A DNA stretch of 64,000 nt from Pseudomonadota bacterium (GTDB lineage Bacteria > Myxococcota > JACRCW01 > JAFGSX01): NCBI GenBank assembly GCA_043821645.1, contig JBDRCO010000087.1, positions 32,001 to 96,000 of the forward strand. Reading direction: 5' to 3'. Of this stretch, positions 29,654 through 39,239 are shown piece after piece; position 1 is the stretch's first letter, and every line of letters starts with the position of its first letter. The notes beneath the pieces were generated by a model that was not told the origin of the DNA, did no database searches, and saw nothing but the letters and a program-made list of their open reading frames with translations. The position numbers and the translations under genes were made by a program.

Positions 29654-31093
29654 GTGAAGCAGGCGCAAAGATCCGCGCTCACGGCTCTGCTCGTCCTTGC
29701 TGCAGGGGCCTTCCTGGTGGCGCTGGCCATCCATGTGCGGACGACGCGGGAGGGGCAGGAGCGAGAAGCCGAAAGCGCCCGCCGACCTCTCGACATCGAC
29801 GTCGACGATATCGAGGAGATGCACCTGCGGCGTGGGGACAGCACCCTCTCGCTACGGCGCGATGCCGAGTCCTGGTTCGTGACCTCCCCGGTTCAGGACC
29901 AGGCCGATGCACTCGTCGTGGCGCGTCTGCTGCAGGGCCTGGAGATGCTGCGCGCTGCGCGTCGCTTCGAGGCCGGTGCGATGCCAGACCCTTCTCAGGT
30001 CGGGCTGCAGCCGCCACAGATCGAGCTCGAACTCCGAGCTGGTGAACGACGCGCCGTGATCCAGGTCGGCTCGGTCAACAGCTTCAACAGGCAGGTCTAC
30101 GTGCGTGCGGGCTCCGATGCGGCTTCGGCAGCGATGTTCATGACCGGAGCCAGCTTTCGCGGAGACCTGATGCAGGACCTGTTTGCGCTGCGGGACAAGA
30201 GACTGGCCCGCTGCCGGGCTCTCGATGTCACACGCCTCGTCGTGGTACCCGCCGCATCGCTGCGGGCACAGGCATACCAGCTCGAGCAGGAGGCCGCTGG
30301 GCACTGGGTGCTTCGCTTGCCTCCCGGCGTCGAGGTGGATCAGGACCTTGCCGCCAGGCTGCGCGACCAGCTGTGCGCGACGCGGTACCTGCGCGTGGTC
30401 GAGGAGAAGGCGTCAGAACTCACGCGCTACCAGCTGGAGCCTCCCCTGGTCGCGATCTCGCTGCGCGAGGGAGAGACAGAGCGACAGCTACGCCTGGGTT
30501 CCGTGATCGAGGGCGAGCCCGACAAGCGCTACGCCCTGCGCGCGGGTGACGACAACGTGGTGGTGGCGGTGGACGCGTCGCTGCTGCTTCGGCTGACCCC
30601 GACCCTGACCGAGCTGCGCGACAAGCGGGTTCTCCCGCTTGACCCGGCGACGGTGGAACGCCTCAAATTCCCGCTCGACGACGGCCGCCTGGTGGTGGTG
30701 GAGCGGCAGCGCGCGGATGGTGGTTCCGACACCTGGGCCGTGCTGGCACCACGCGCATGTCAGGCCGATACCGGTCGCGTGGCTGTCTTCTTGCGAACGC
30801 TGACGCGTCTCGAGGGCGTGCGCGAGGAGGACGTGCAAGGCTCGGATGGCCCGAGCGCGGAGCAACTCCGGCGGCATGGCCTGGATGCGCCGGTGCATGC
30901 GATCAGCCTGTTCAACGCCGAGGACGTCGAGCTGGCCACCCTGCTGGTGGGACCCGAGCGCGGATCGGAGCGCATGGTCTGGCGTCGCGGCGCGAACCGG
31001 TTGCAGGCCATCGCGGGTCGCGCCCTCGATGCCTGGCCGCGGCTGCTCGACGACTTGCTGGAGGAAGCCGGGGACGCTGGCCGTTTCCCCTGA
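29654..31093 (+). CDS. DUF4340-domain protein
   Basis: N-terminal TM, three repeated units each ending (L)RDKR(L/V) or containing GL.PP; usual position after GldG. Start GTG 29654 or TTG 29648. Confidence 0.8.
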   Translation: MKQAQRSALTALLVLAAGAFLVALAIHVRTTREGQEREAESARRPLDIDVDDIEEMHLRRGDSTLSLRRDAESWFVTSPVQDQADALVVARLLQGLEMLRAARRFEAGAMPDPSQVGLQPPQIELELRAGERRAVIQVGSVNSFNRQVYVRAGSDAASAAMFMTGASFRGDLMQDLFALRDKRLARCRALDVTRLVVVPAASLRAQAYQLEQEAAGHWVLRLPPGVEVDQDLAARLRDQLCATRYLRVVEEKASELTRYQLEPPLVAISLREGETERQLRLGSVIEGEPDKRYALRAGDDNVVVAVDASLLLRLTPTLTELRDKRVLPLDPATVERLKFPLDDGRLVVVERQRADGGSDTWAVLAPRACQADTGRVAVFLRTLTRLEGVREEDVQGSDGPSAEQLRRHGLDAPVHAISLFNAEDVELATLLVGPERGSERMVWRRGANRLQAIAGRALDAWPRLLDDLLEEAGDAGRFP

Positions 31094-31142
31094 GCGGCAG
31101 GCTGGTGCCGGTCGTCCCTGTCCTGGCAGTTTTTCCGGCCCC

Positions 31143-31175
31143 AAAAAACAAAACGGCCGGCACAAGGCCGACCGT
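31143..31175 (-). terminator. Rho-independent terminator of the histone-like gene
   Basis: Minus strand ACGGTCGGC-cttgt-GCCGGCCGT followed by TTTGTTTTTT. Confidence 0.8.
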
Positions 31176-31197
31176 CCTGTCAGGCTACAAAGCCCAG

Positions 31198-31359
31198 CTA
31201 CTTCTTCTTGGCCACTTTCTTCTTGGCGGGCTTCTTGGCAGCCTTCTTCTTGGCCGGCTTCTTCGCCGCCTTCTTTGCTGCCTTCTTTGCCACCTTCTTC
31301 TTGGCCACCTTCTTCGCTGGCTTCTTCGCGGCCTTCTTCGCAGTCTTCCTCGTAGCCAT
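31198..31359 (-). CDS. Histone H1-like Lys/Ala-rich small basic protein (53 aa)
   Basis: MATRKTAKKAAKKPAKKVAKKK...; GGAGG RBS upstream of ATG 31359; own promoter and terminator. Confidence 0.88.
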   Translation of the reverse strand: MATRKTAKKAAKKPAKKVAKKKVAKKAAKKAAKKPAKKKAAKKPAKKKVAKKK

Positions 31360-31394
31360 CTGTGTCCTCCGCTGCGAATGAAAGAGATGAGTAA

Positions 31395-31422
31395 ATTTTA
31401 AGAGGGTCGCGGATCCTGTCAA
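31395..31422 (-). promoter_or_regulatory. Sigma70-type promoter of the histone-like gene
   Basis: Minus strand TTGACA (31422-31417), 16-nt spacer, TAAAAT (31400-31395). Confidence 0.75.
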
Positions 31423-31629
31423 CAAAATTCGCGCGACCTTCTTCACATGGTTCCAGGTGAACAAGCCGTCGCGAGGTCCTGGAGTACGAAAATCGAACTT
31501 CTGGAAGAGCCCGTAAAAAACGCACGATGATCTCGTTTTCTCGACGACAGACAAGAAAACATCAGCGGGCGGACAGGCGGAGGTTTCGCCGCCCTTGCTG
31601 CCTCCGTGCAAGCTGCTAAGGTGGCTCGT

Positions 31630-32106
31630 ATGTGGCGGACGATTTCCTTCGCTCTTGCGGTGCTGATGAGCGGCTTGTTGCATGCACAGGTCGATCAGGT
31701 GCTCGCGCGTCGCAGGCCGATTGCCTATCAGGCCGACCGTTGCCGGTACGAGGCGCGCGGTCGGCGAGCTCTGTGCAGCGGTCAGGTCGTCGTCACGCGC
31801 GACGATCTGCGCATCCGCTGCCAGGAACTCGAGGCCGAGATCGACGCCCGCGGGCGCATCGTGCGCCTGGCCTGTCGGCGCGAGGTGGAGATCGTGACCT
31901 CTGACCGCGTGGCCCGAAGCGGTGAGGCGCACTTCGATGCGAGCAGCGACAAGCTGGTGCTGGATGGCGATGCCCGCGTGGCCCAGGGCAGCAGCCGACT
32001 GGCTGGTCAGTCCATCACCATCGATCTCGCCAGCGGAGATATCTCGGTGGAGGGCCGGGTGCGCGGCGTTCTGGGTTCCGACGTGATCCAGCCCGCTCCG
32101 CGCTGA
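31630..32106 (+). CDS. lptA: LptA/OstA family LPS transport periplasmic protein
   Basis: Signal peptide; beta-jellyroll pattern (G.VVV..DDLRI...L; LVLDGDARV.QG...L.G..I.IDL); directly upstream of lptB. Confidence 0.75.
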   Translation: MWRTISFALAVLMSGLLHAQVDQVLARRRPIAYQADRCRYEARGRRALCSGQVVVTRDDLRIRCQELEAEIDARGRIVRLACRREVEIVTSDRVARSGEAHFDASSDKLVLDGDARVAQGSSRLAGQSITIDLASGDISVEGRVRGVLGSDVIQPAPR

Positions 32107-32120
32107 GGACAGTCGCAGCC

Positions 32121-32867
32121 ATGACATCTCCGACCTCGCCCCCCACCTGCAGCCTGTGCGCCCGTGGCCTGACCAAGAGCTATCGTCGACGCCGCGTCGT
32201 CGATGGGGTCGGGTTCGAGGTGAGCACTGGCGAGGTGGTGGGTCTGCTCGGTCCCAATGGCGCCGGCAAGTCCACGTCGTTCAACATGGTGGCAGGGCTT
32301 GTGGTGGCGGACCGGGGCTCGGTGACCCTCGGCGACGTCGATATCACGCGCTACCCCGTGTACAAGCGCGCGCGCCTCGGGCTGGGCTACCTGGCCCAGG
32401 AGCCCTCGATCTTCCGCCGACTCAGCGTGCGCGAGAACCTGCTCGCGGTGCTCGAGTTCGTCGAACGCGATCGGAAGGAGCGCGAGCGGCGGGCCGATGA
32501 GCTCATCCACCAGCTCGATCTGGATACCGTCGCCGGGAGCCAGGGTAGCACCCTCTCCGGGGGCGAGCGCCGCCGCGTCGAGATCGCGCGGACCCTGACC
32601 ACGCGTCCGACCCACGTGTTGCTGGATGAACCCTTCGCGGGCGTCGACCCCATCGCCGTGGCCGAGATCCAGCGCATCGTGCGCACGCTCCGGGACCAGG
32701 GAATCGGTGTCCTGATCACGGATCACAACGTGCGCGAGACCCTGGGAATCTGTGACCGCGCCTACTTGATCGAGCGCGGCTGCATCCTGCTCGAGGGGAC
32801 GCCTGACAAGATCGTCGGGGATGAGAAGGCCCGGGAGGTGTACCTGGGTCAGGGCTTCCGGCTCTGA
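32121..32867 (+). CDS. lptB: LPS export ABC transporter ATP-binding protein
   Basis: GLLGPNGAGKST, YKRARLGLGYLAQEPSIFRRL, LSGGERRRVEIAR, LLDEPFAGVDPIAV, ITDHNVRETL, VYLG..FRL. Confidence 0.96.
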   Translation: MTSPTSPPTCSLCARGLTKSYRRRRVVDGVGFEVSTGEVVGLLGPNGAGKSTSFNMVAGLVVADRGSVTLGDVDITRYPVYKRARLGLGYLAQEPSIFRRLSVRENLLAVLEFVERDRKERERRADELIHQLDLDTVAGSQGSTLSGGERRRVEIARTLTTRPTHVLLDEPFAGVDPIAVAEIQRIVRTLRDQGIGVLITDHNVRETLGICDRAYLIERGCILLEGTPDKIVGDEKAREVYLGQGFRL

Positions 32868-33403
32868 GAGCCACTGTCGCGGGCGCTGTCCGCGCGCTCG
32901 CCACCACCCCCCTTCTCGATCCGGGTGTCCACCACAGTCTCCCCGGTTCCCTCGTCCTCGGCCTTCGGCTCGGGTGTCGGCGCCCGGTGCTCCGAGCGCA
33001 GGGTCTCGACCGCGCGCTTCATGGCAGCTTGCTCCTGTGACGACAGCAGGGACAGGGGTTGCAGCCAGCGCCCCAGCAGGTCCGTGAGCAGGGCATTGAT
33101 CGCACCCAGCAGCACCGTGCCGAGCACCGCCCAGCCGACGCCGTCGATGGTGAAGCCGGGCACCAGCCACGCCGTCAGGTAAAAGGCGCCCAGGTTGACC
33201 GGCAGCAGCAGCAGCAGCCCCAACGTTAGGGGTAGCAGAGCGAACACGACCCACACCAGGCCGCTGGCCATCACGGAGAGCACCAACGAGGCCACCATCA
33301 GGGAGCGCAGGGACTCCACCGTGAAGCCTGGCGCGAACTGGCCAAGGATGGCGATGACGGCGAAATTGGCGACGACACGGGTGACGATCTGGGCGCCTGT
33401 CAT
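32849..33403 (-). CDS. Membrane protein, YvlD / phage_holin_4_2-like family
   Basis: Four hydrophobic segments with PGFTV.., LPLTLGL..L.VN, WLVPGFTIDG pattern. Confidence 0.7.
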   Translation of the reverse strand: MTGAQIVTRVVANFAVIAILGQFAPGFTVESLRSLMVASLVLSVMASGLVWVVFALLPLTLGLLLLLPVNLGAFYLTAWLVPGFTIDGVGWAVLGTVLLGAINALLTDLLGRWLQPLSLLSSQEQAAMKRAVETLRSEHRAPTPEPKAEDEGTGETVVDTRIEKGGGGERADSARDSGSQSRKP

Positions 33404-33487
33404 CGGTCACTGCTTTCCGCGGAGCGCACGTCGTGGCGACAACCCGTGCCACGGCTGCGCAGCATCGGCGCCCGAGGCCGGTCCGGT

Positions 33488-34885
33488 TCAATCACCCAGG
33501 TGCAGGACCAACATCGAGCAGGTCATGAAAATGAGGATGCCTGTGATGTCGTTGCTGGTACTGACGAAGGGGCTCGCTGCGATGGCAGGGTCGATGCCGA
33601 GGCGCTTGAGTGCGGCCGGGGCGAGCGTGCCCACCATGGACGCAAAGATCATGGCCACCGTCATCGAGATGCCGACGGCGATGCCTATGACGGAGCTTCC
33701 ACCCCACAGCGTTGTTCCCGCGACCAGTCCGACCACGGTGCCGCAAGCGAGCCCCATGAGCACACCCACGGCGATCTCCTTGAGCAAGGTGTGCCAGATG
33801 TCCTCCATCTCGATGCGTCCCGTGGCGAAGCCGCGGGTGACGATGGTGGAGGACTGGGTGCCGACGTTGCCGGCCATGCCGTTGATGACCGGGATGAAGG
33901 CGATGAGTGCGACCGCGTCGGCGAGCATCACGCGAAAAAGCCACAGGAAGTAGCCGGCGATCAGCCCTCCGATCAGGTTGGTGATGAGCCAGGGAAGACG
34001 CACGCCCGCGATGCGAAACACACGGTTGCCGTAGACCAGCTCCTCGGCCGAGGTACCGGCCATGCGCAGGGCGTCCTCGTCGGCTTCCTCGTGTGCCACG
34101 TCCATGACGTCGTCGTGGACGATGCGGCCCAGCAGCTTGCCCTGGGCGTCGATCACGGCCAGGGACAGCAGGTCGTACTTGCGAAACAGGTTGAGCACCT
34201 CTTCCTGGTCCACCTCGGGCCGCACCGAGGCCACCTTGGCCTCCATGATGTCGCCCAGGCGCGTGCCGCGTCGTGACACCACCAGTCGCGCCAGGGGCAC
34301 ATTGCCCAGGTAGATGCCCTGCTCGTCGAGCACGTACACCGAGTGGATGTCCTCGGTCTCTTCTTCCAGCACGTCGCGGATCAGGTTGATGGCCTCGTCG
34401 ACCGTGGCGCTGACCGGCAGGGCCGCCAGCTCCATCTGCATGATGCCGCCGGCGGAGTCCTCGGGATAGGCCATCAGGGCCCGCACCTCGGCGGCGTCCT
34501 CGGCATCCACCTTGGCGATCTCGGCCAGGACCTGGTCGACCTCGTGGGGCTCCAGCTCGCCGATCAGGTCCGCGGCGTCATCGCTCTCGAGCTCGACGGC
34601 GAGCTGGGCGATCTCCCTGGGCTTGAGCAGATCGAAGAGGACCTCGCGCGTTGCCTCGTCGAGTTCGGCCACCAGCTCGGCCGCGTCCTCCGCGGGAAGG
34701 TTGCTCAGGACCCTGGGCCACAGGGCGTCGTCGATCTCGTCCAGGATCTCGGCCAGGTCTGCGGGGTGCTTGACCAGGTTGAGAAAATCCCGGATGTCCG
34801 CATCGCTGCCATTCTTGATCAGCAGCTCGATCTCGTCCGCCTCGCGCTCTTCAGGGGCGCGGCTCTCTGTGGGGTTTTGGGCCAT
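33488..34885 (-). CDS. mgtE: Magnesium transporter MgtE
   Basis: HPADLAE, YPEDSAGGIM, CBS pair, RLPWL, MAGNVGTQSST, GIDPAIAASPFVST.NDI. Confidence 0.96.
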   Translation of the reverse strand: MAQNPTESRAPEEREADEIELLIKNGSDADIRDFLNLVKHPADLAEILDEIDDALWPRVLSNLPAEDAAELVAELDEATREVLFDLLKPREIAQLAVELESDDAADLIGELEPHEVDQVLAEIAKVDAEDAAEVRALMAYPEDSAGGIMQMELAALPVSATVDEAINLIRDVLEEETEDIHSVYVLDEQGIYLGNVPLARLVVSRRGTRLGDIMEAKVASVRPEVDQEEVLNLFRKYDLLSLAVIDAQGKLLGRIVHDDVMDVAHEEADEDALRMAGTSAEELVYGNRVFRIAGVRLPWLITNLIGGLIAGYFLWLFRVMLADAVALIAFIPVINGMAGNVGTQSSTIVTRGFATGRIEMEDIWHTLLKEIAVGVLMGLACGTVVGLVAGTTLWGGSSVIGIAVGISMTVAMIFASMVGTLAPAALKRLGIDPAIAASPFVSTSNDITGILIFMTCSMLVLHLGD

Positions 34886-35014
34886 CCGCGGCGAATCCAA
34901 GCACCGCGCTCTGGCAAAGGCAATGGGCCCCGGCGCCAGACACGCGTTGAAGAGGGCCCCGCCGCTCTGTTACGCTCCCGAGGGTCCCCCTGTTGCGGGG
35001 AAAATGGAGCGGAC

Positions 35015-36073
35015 ATGCGATGCATCAGAATAAGTAGTCTTGCCCTGATCCTGTGTGGCGCCCTCGCCTGCAGCGAGGACTTCGGCTTCAACCTGATCCA
35101 GAACCCCCAGGTCGACAAGGTCGAACCGGTGGAGGGCCCCACCAAGGGCGGCCAGCGCATCACCATCACCGGCGAGCATTTCATCGAGAACACGCAGATC
35201 CTTTTCGACGACAAACCCTGCCGGGACATCGTCATCAAGAGTGAGACCGTGATCGAGTGCTTGACCCCCGTGCACGACGCCGGCGCGGCCGTGGTCAAGG
35301 CCAAGCACGAGAGTTCAGGGGAGGGTGACCGTACGGCCACCTACACCTTCATCCCGCCCCCCGAGTTCAGCCTGCACCCTGGCGATCAGGTGGGCTTCAA
35401 CGTGGTCAACCTCAACTACTGCCCGTCGGACTTCTGCACGCCCGACAACGAGCAAGAGGTCGCCTGGCGCTCGCTGTGGATCATCCAGGAAGACGGCGTG
35501 GCCCTTTCCGAGACCACGGGGCAGTGGGAGGTCCGGGCCAGCTACTTCCATCAGGTCATCGAGGGCGCCAGCGATCCTGCGGCTGTCGCCACCACCTGGC
35601 TCTCTGCCTACGGGCCCTATGACCAGGCTGCGGACTACGTCGACGAGGGCGTGGGCACCTACACCACCTCGGTCCCGCCCGTCCCGGACCTGGGCGGCGG
35701 CGCGGTGTCCTTTCCCTTCTTCGACATGACCAACTTCGATGTCGCCGAGCTGACCTTTCGCAACGCCGTCAAGGCCCTCGACAGCGAGGCGGCCTTCGAG
35801 AGCCAGCCGGCGTCGCGACGGCTCGAGGCGTACTACGTCGACAGCGGCACGCCGCGGCTGGCACACCACGTGCTCATCGTCTTTCACTCGGTGGGCATCG
35901 TGTGCATGATGACCGAGGAGATCGCCGAGGCCAGCAGCAGTCCGTCCCGCAGCCAGGGCGACTTCACCGGCGTGCTCATCACACCCAAGTCCAACCTGGC
36001 CTTCCCCTGGGTGCAGCGCGTGGCGGGGCAGAAGAAGTTCTGCAACTGTGCGTCGGACACCGGCTGCGAGTGA
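35015..36073 (+). CDS. Lipoprotein with IPT/TIG domain
   Basis: LILCGALAC lipobox after ATG 35015; P.V..VEP.EGPT.GG..ITITGE.F...I.C.TP IPT/TIG pattern. Confidence 0.8.
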   Translation: MRCIRISSLALILCGALACSEDFGFNLIQNPQVDKVEPVEGPTKGGQRITITGEHFIENTQILFDDKPCRDIVIKSETVIECLTPVHDAGAAVVKAKHESSGEGDRTATYTFIPPPEFSLHPGDQVGFNVVNLNYCPSDFCTPDNEQEVAWRSLWIIQEDGVALSETTGQWEVRASYFHQVIEGASDPAAVATTWLSAYGPYDQAADYVDEGVGTYTTSVPPVPDLGGGAVSFPFFDMTNFDVAELTFRNAVKALDSEAAFESQPASRRLEAYYVDSGTPRLAHHVLIVFHSVGIVCMMTEEIAEASSSPSRSQGDFTGVLITPKSNLAFPWVQRVAGQKKFCNCASDTGCE

Positions 36074-36101
36074 GACCCCGCGCCACCATGAGGTTGTTGC
36101 C

Positions 36102-36755
36102 TTGACCACACCGCTGTCTGCCGTGTTTTTTGATCTCGACGGCACGCTCATCGACACCCGCGGCGACCTGCACGACTGTGTCAACGCCTTGCGCGCGAGC
36201 TACGGAATGTCACCGCTCACCGTGAATCGCACGGTCGAGGCCGTGGGGCACGGCATCGAGCACCTGGTCTCGGGTGTGCTCAGCACCACGGACAGCGCCG
36301 AGATCGCCGAGGCTGTCGAGCGCTTCCGGGAACACTACCTGGCCCACTGCACGGACAAGACCGAGCCCTATCCGGGGGTGGGCGAGCTCCTCAAGGCCCT
36401 GCACGAGCGCGCGATCAAGGTGGCGGTGGTCACCAACAAACCTCAGCACCACGCCGAGCGCATCCTCGAGGCGCTGCAGCTGCCGACCGATCTGGTGGTC
36501 GGTGCCTCTCCTGAACGTCTCCCCAAGCCCGACCCGGCCATGCTGCTGGAGGCCGCACGCCGGCTCGAGGCGGACCTGCATCGCAGCATCTACGTCGGTG
36601 ACATGGAACTCGATCTCGAGGCAGCCCGGGCCTGCGACTGCGCCTTCGTGGGTGTCGATTTTGGCTTTACCAGCGAGTCGTCGCTGCCTCACCGCACGGC
36701 CGTGTGCGTCGACACCGTTGAAGCGCTGCAGCGTGCGCTGCTCGAGCGCGCCTGA
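36102..36755 (+). CDS. HAD-superfamily hydrolase (phosphoglycolate phosphatase-like)
   Basis: FFDLDGTLIDT, VVTNKP, KPDP, YVGD motifs; start approximate. Confidence 0.9.
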   Translation: MTTPLSAVFFDLDGTLIDTRGDLHDCVNALRASYGMSPLTVNRTVEAVGHGIEHLVSGVLSTTDSAEIAEAVERFREHYLAHCTDKTEPYPGVGELLKALHERAIKVAVVTNKPQHHAERILEALQLPTDLVVGASPERLPKPDPAMLLEAARRLEADLHRSIYVGDMELDLEAARACDCAFVGVDFGFTSESSLPHRTAVCVDTVEALQRALLERA

Positions 36756-36797
36756 CCGCCCGCATCGATCCCGCACCGCGGCTCGCGACTCCCCCCC

Positions 36798-37571
36798 TCA
36801 GGCTGCCCGGGCAGGCCCCAGCAGGTAGTCGCCGGCCATGCTGCCGTCGCTGAAGAGGTTGAAGCAGCGCAGCGTGGTGGTCTCGAAGCGCCAGTCCGTC
36901 ACCTCCATTCCGTCGAGGTCATAGACCGGGTTGGCGGCGAAGGTGTGATGAGGTGTGCGTTGTGGGAGCAAGGTGTCGGGCAGGGGCATGCCGAGACAGC
37001 GCCTCAGCACGGCCCGGCGCACGCCGAGCTGCTGCAATCCTGCCAGAAGACGTGGGATCTCGTCGAGATTGCGGTGCGTGACCAGGACCGAAACCTTGAT
37101 TGGGATGCGGCTTGCGAGGAGCAGGTCTCCGAGATCGAACAGGCGCCCACCCCCGGTCATGGCACGGTAGGTGTCGAACTCGAGCGAAGGCACGGACACG
37201 GCGGCGCGGTCGTAGAGGTGGAACAGGGCGAGGTGAGACAGCGCGAGCTGACCATTGGTGTGCAGCGATAGACGAACCCCGGGGATGCGACGGCGCAGCG
37301 TGTGGACCAGGGCTTCCTGGTGTCTGTAGAGCATGGGATCCGTGTTGCTGCCGGTCAGGGACAGCTCGCGGACGCCCTCGCGCACCAGCACCGCGCAGAA
37401 GGCGGCCAGGTTGCGCGGTGGAAACAGGCCGAGGTTGTCAGGCCGTCGAGGGCCTAGCTGGCGACCGATGCAGTCGGGACAGCGCAGGTTGCAGCGCCCA
37501 CTGAACAGGATGTTGGCGAAGGCGGGTTCCTGGCGTGGGCAATCACTGGCTGGCTCCCTCGCGGTCATCAT
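36798..37571 (-). CDS. Radical SAM protein of unknown function
   Basis: CNLRCPDC cluster motif, SLTGSNTDP, SLHTNG; GAGGAG RBS before ATG 37571. Confidence 0.85.
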   Translation of the reverse strand: MMTAREPASDCPRQEPAFANILFSGRCNLRCPDCIGRQLGPRRPDNLGLFPPRNLAAFCAVLVREGVRELSLTGSNTDPMLYRHQEALVHTLRRRIPGVRLSLHTNGQLALSHLALFHLYDRAAVSVPSLEFDTYRAMTGGGRLFDLGDLLLASRIPIKVSVLVTHRNLDEIPRLLAGLQQLGVRRAVLRRCLGMPLPDTLLPQRTPHHTFAANPVYDLDGMEVTDWRFETTTLRCFNLFSDGSMAGDYLLGPARAA

Positions 37572-37641
37572 CCCCGTCTCCTCTCGCCCGTCTGGCGGAC
37601 TCCACCGAGCTGTTTCCTGCCCATCGCAGGGTGTCCTCACC

Positions 37642-39108
37642 TCACAGGGACAGCAGGTGCTGCTGGACCTGCGCCGAGTAGAACAGGGCGATCACGCCAT
37701 TGAAGTGCTGCGCGCCATGCTCGGTGAGCGCCAGGCAGTCACCCCGGCTCTCCATCAGCCCGCGTTCCTGCACGAAGCCCAGGACCGCCGGAAAGGCCTG
37801 CTCCAGGGTCTGGCCGAAGCGCGCCGCAAAGGACGGGCGATGGATCTCACCAAAGTAGAAGGCCACCGAGACCATCTTGGCCATGGCCTCGCTGCGTGGC
37901 AGCCAGTACAGATCCTGGATGGGCAGTCGCCGCGCGTCGACGGCGTCGAGGTAGCCGTCGAGCCGCTTGCTGGCCGCACCCAGGTTGTAGCCCAGCGCGT
38001 TGTTGGTAAAAGTCTGCGCGCCCAGGCCCAGGCCCAGGTAGGGGCCACCGTGGACCACGCGCTCGGTGAGGTAGGCGCTGGTGCCTGGGTCGCCGGCCAC
38101 GCGGCTGAAGCCGTTCTTGCCCGGGTTGGCGTGGTAGCCGTGCTCGGCGAGCAGGGCCCGCGCTGCGAGGTACATCGCCATCACGCGCTCGAGGGGGATG
38201 TCCGAGGCCTCACCGCGCACCTTGGTGCCCTTGTAGCGCATGCGGTACAGGGTGATGACCTCGGGATCCAGGGCCAGGGTGTGGCGCAGGGTGGCCAGCA
38301 CGTCCTCGACCGTCTGCTTGGCGAAGCCGTACATGACATCGATGTTGAAGCTCTCGAAGCCGGCGGTGCGGATGTTGTCGACGGCCCGGCGGTTGAAGGT
38401 CACGTCGTTGAGGTCCCGGCCGTACTCGCGCAGCAGCCGCGGGTTGGCCATCTGCAGGCCCATGGAGATGCGGTGGATGCCGGCGATCTTGAAGGCGCGC
38501 AGGGTGTCGGGGCACAGGGCCGCGATCTTGGGCGTGGTCTCGATGCTGATGCCGTATCCCTCGCCGAGGCGAAAGCCCCCGTGCACGCGCTCGACCAGGG
38601 TCGCGATGTGCCGCGGTTGTACCAGCGAGGGCGTGCCCCCGCCGATGTCGAAGCCAGCCAGGGTGTGCTGGCCGCGGCCGAGCAGGTCCAGGTACAGGTC
38701 CAGCTCGCGCAGCAACGCCGCCATGTAGCGCTCCTCGTCCTGGGGCACGTGCCTGTCCAGCACCGTGTATTCGCAGAAGCTGCAGCGGCGCTCGCAGAAG
38801 GGCACGTGGGCGTACAGGCTCATGCTCGGGCTCGCCTCCAGGGCTTGGCGCAGGATGGGTGCGTACTGGTCCTCGTCCACCCGGTGCTGCCAGATCGTTG
38901 TGCGGTGGGCGATGGGGTAGGCGGTGTTGGCCAGGTGGTGCTGACGCAGGCCCGCCTCGAACACCTCCTCGGGCAGTGGCCGGACCACCGCGTCCTCGGC
39001 CCGCCACGGCAGCACGCTGGCCGGGCGTACGGCGCTGTCCTGGCACCCCGGCGAACCGCTCTCGCTTTGCAGCGTGTTCCGGCTGTCGCTGGCGTGTTCG
39101 CTCTTCAT
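37642..39108 (-). CDS. HemN/HemW-like (class C) radical SAM protein
   Basis: SLYAHVPFCERRCSFC, GGGTPS, RISMGLQ, NIDVMYG..QT, YLGLGLGA; AGGAGG RBS before ATG 39108. Confidence 0.9.
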   Translation of the reverse strand: MKSEHASDSRNTLQSESGSPGCQDSAVRPASVLPWRAEDAVVRPLPEEVFEAGLRQHHLANTAYPIAHRTTIWQHRVDEDQYAPILRQALEASPSMSLYAHVPFCERRCSFCEYTVLDRHVPQDEERYMAALLRELDLYLDLLGRGQHTLAGFDIGGGTPSLVQPRHIATLVERVHGGFRLGEGYGISIETTPKIAALCPDTLRAFKIAGIHRISMGLQMANPRLLREYGRDLNDVTFNRRAVDNIRTAGFESFNIDVMYGFAKQTVEDVLATLRHTLALDPEVITLYRMRYKGTKVRGEASDIPLERVMAMYLAARALLAEHGYHANPGKNGFSRVAGDPGTSAYLTERVVHGGPYLGLGLGAQTFTNNALGYNLGAASKRLDGYLDAVDARRLPIQDLYWLPRSEAMAKMVSVAFYFGEIHRPSFAARFGQTLEQAFPAVLGFVQERGLMESRGDCLALTEHGAQHFNGVIALFYSAQVQQHLLSL

Positions 39109-39122
39109 GGTGTCCTCCTTCA

Positions 39123-39141
39123 TTGGTTACAATATAACCAA
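39123..39141. promoter_or_regulatory. Palindromic operator 1 (TTGGTTA-N5-TAACCAA), candidate site for the divergent NrtR-like regulator
   Basis: Perfect 7-bp inverted repeat overlapping the -10 box of the radical SAM operon. Confidence 0.7.
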
Positions 39142-39159
39142 ACAAGAAAGAGCTGTCAA
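39131..39159 (-). promoter_or_regulatory. Sigma70 promoter of the radical SAM operon
   Basis: Minus strand TTGACA (39159-39154), 17-nt spacer, TATATT (39136-39131). Confidence 0.75.
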
Positions 39160-39213
39160 CAGGAACTGCTCAAGAGGTAAATAGTGCTTGATTTTCGATT
39201 CATTGGCGCTAGT

Positions 39214-39232
39214 TTGGTTCAGAAGAAATCAA
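39214..39232. promoter_or_regulatory. Operator 2 (TTGGTT-N7-AATCAA) next to the regulator's own -10 and RBS
   Basis: Second copy of the motif; overlaps TTGATT-N16-TAGTTT (39188-39215) and abuts AGGAGA. Confidence 0.6.
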
Positions 39233-39239
39233 AGGAGAG

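Noticed and set aside
31360-32127. 5' extension of the 309-aa ORF ending in the Lys-rich tract
   Set aside because: Antisense to lptA; promoter and RBS point to ATG 31359.
32849-33403. 'Phage holin family' protein as a prophage marker
   Set aside because: This family is common in chromosomes and no phage genes flank it.
37642-39108. Calling the HemN-like gene hemN or hemW
   Set aside because: No heme-pathway context and the family has many non-heme functions, so a specific symbol is not supportable.
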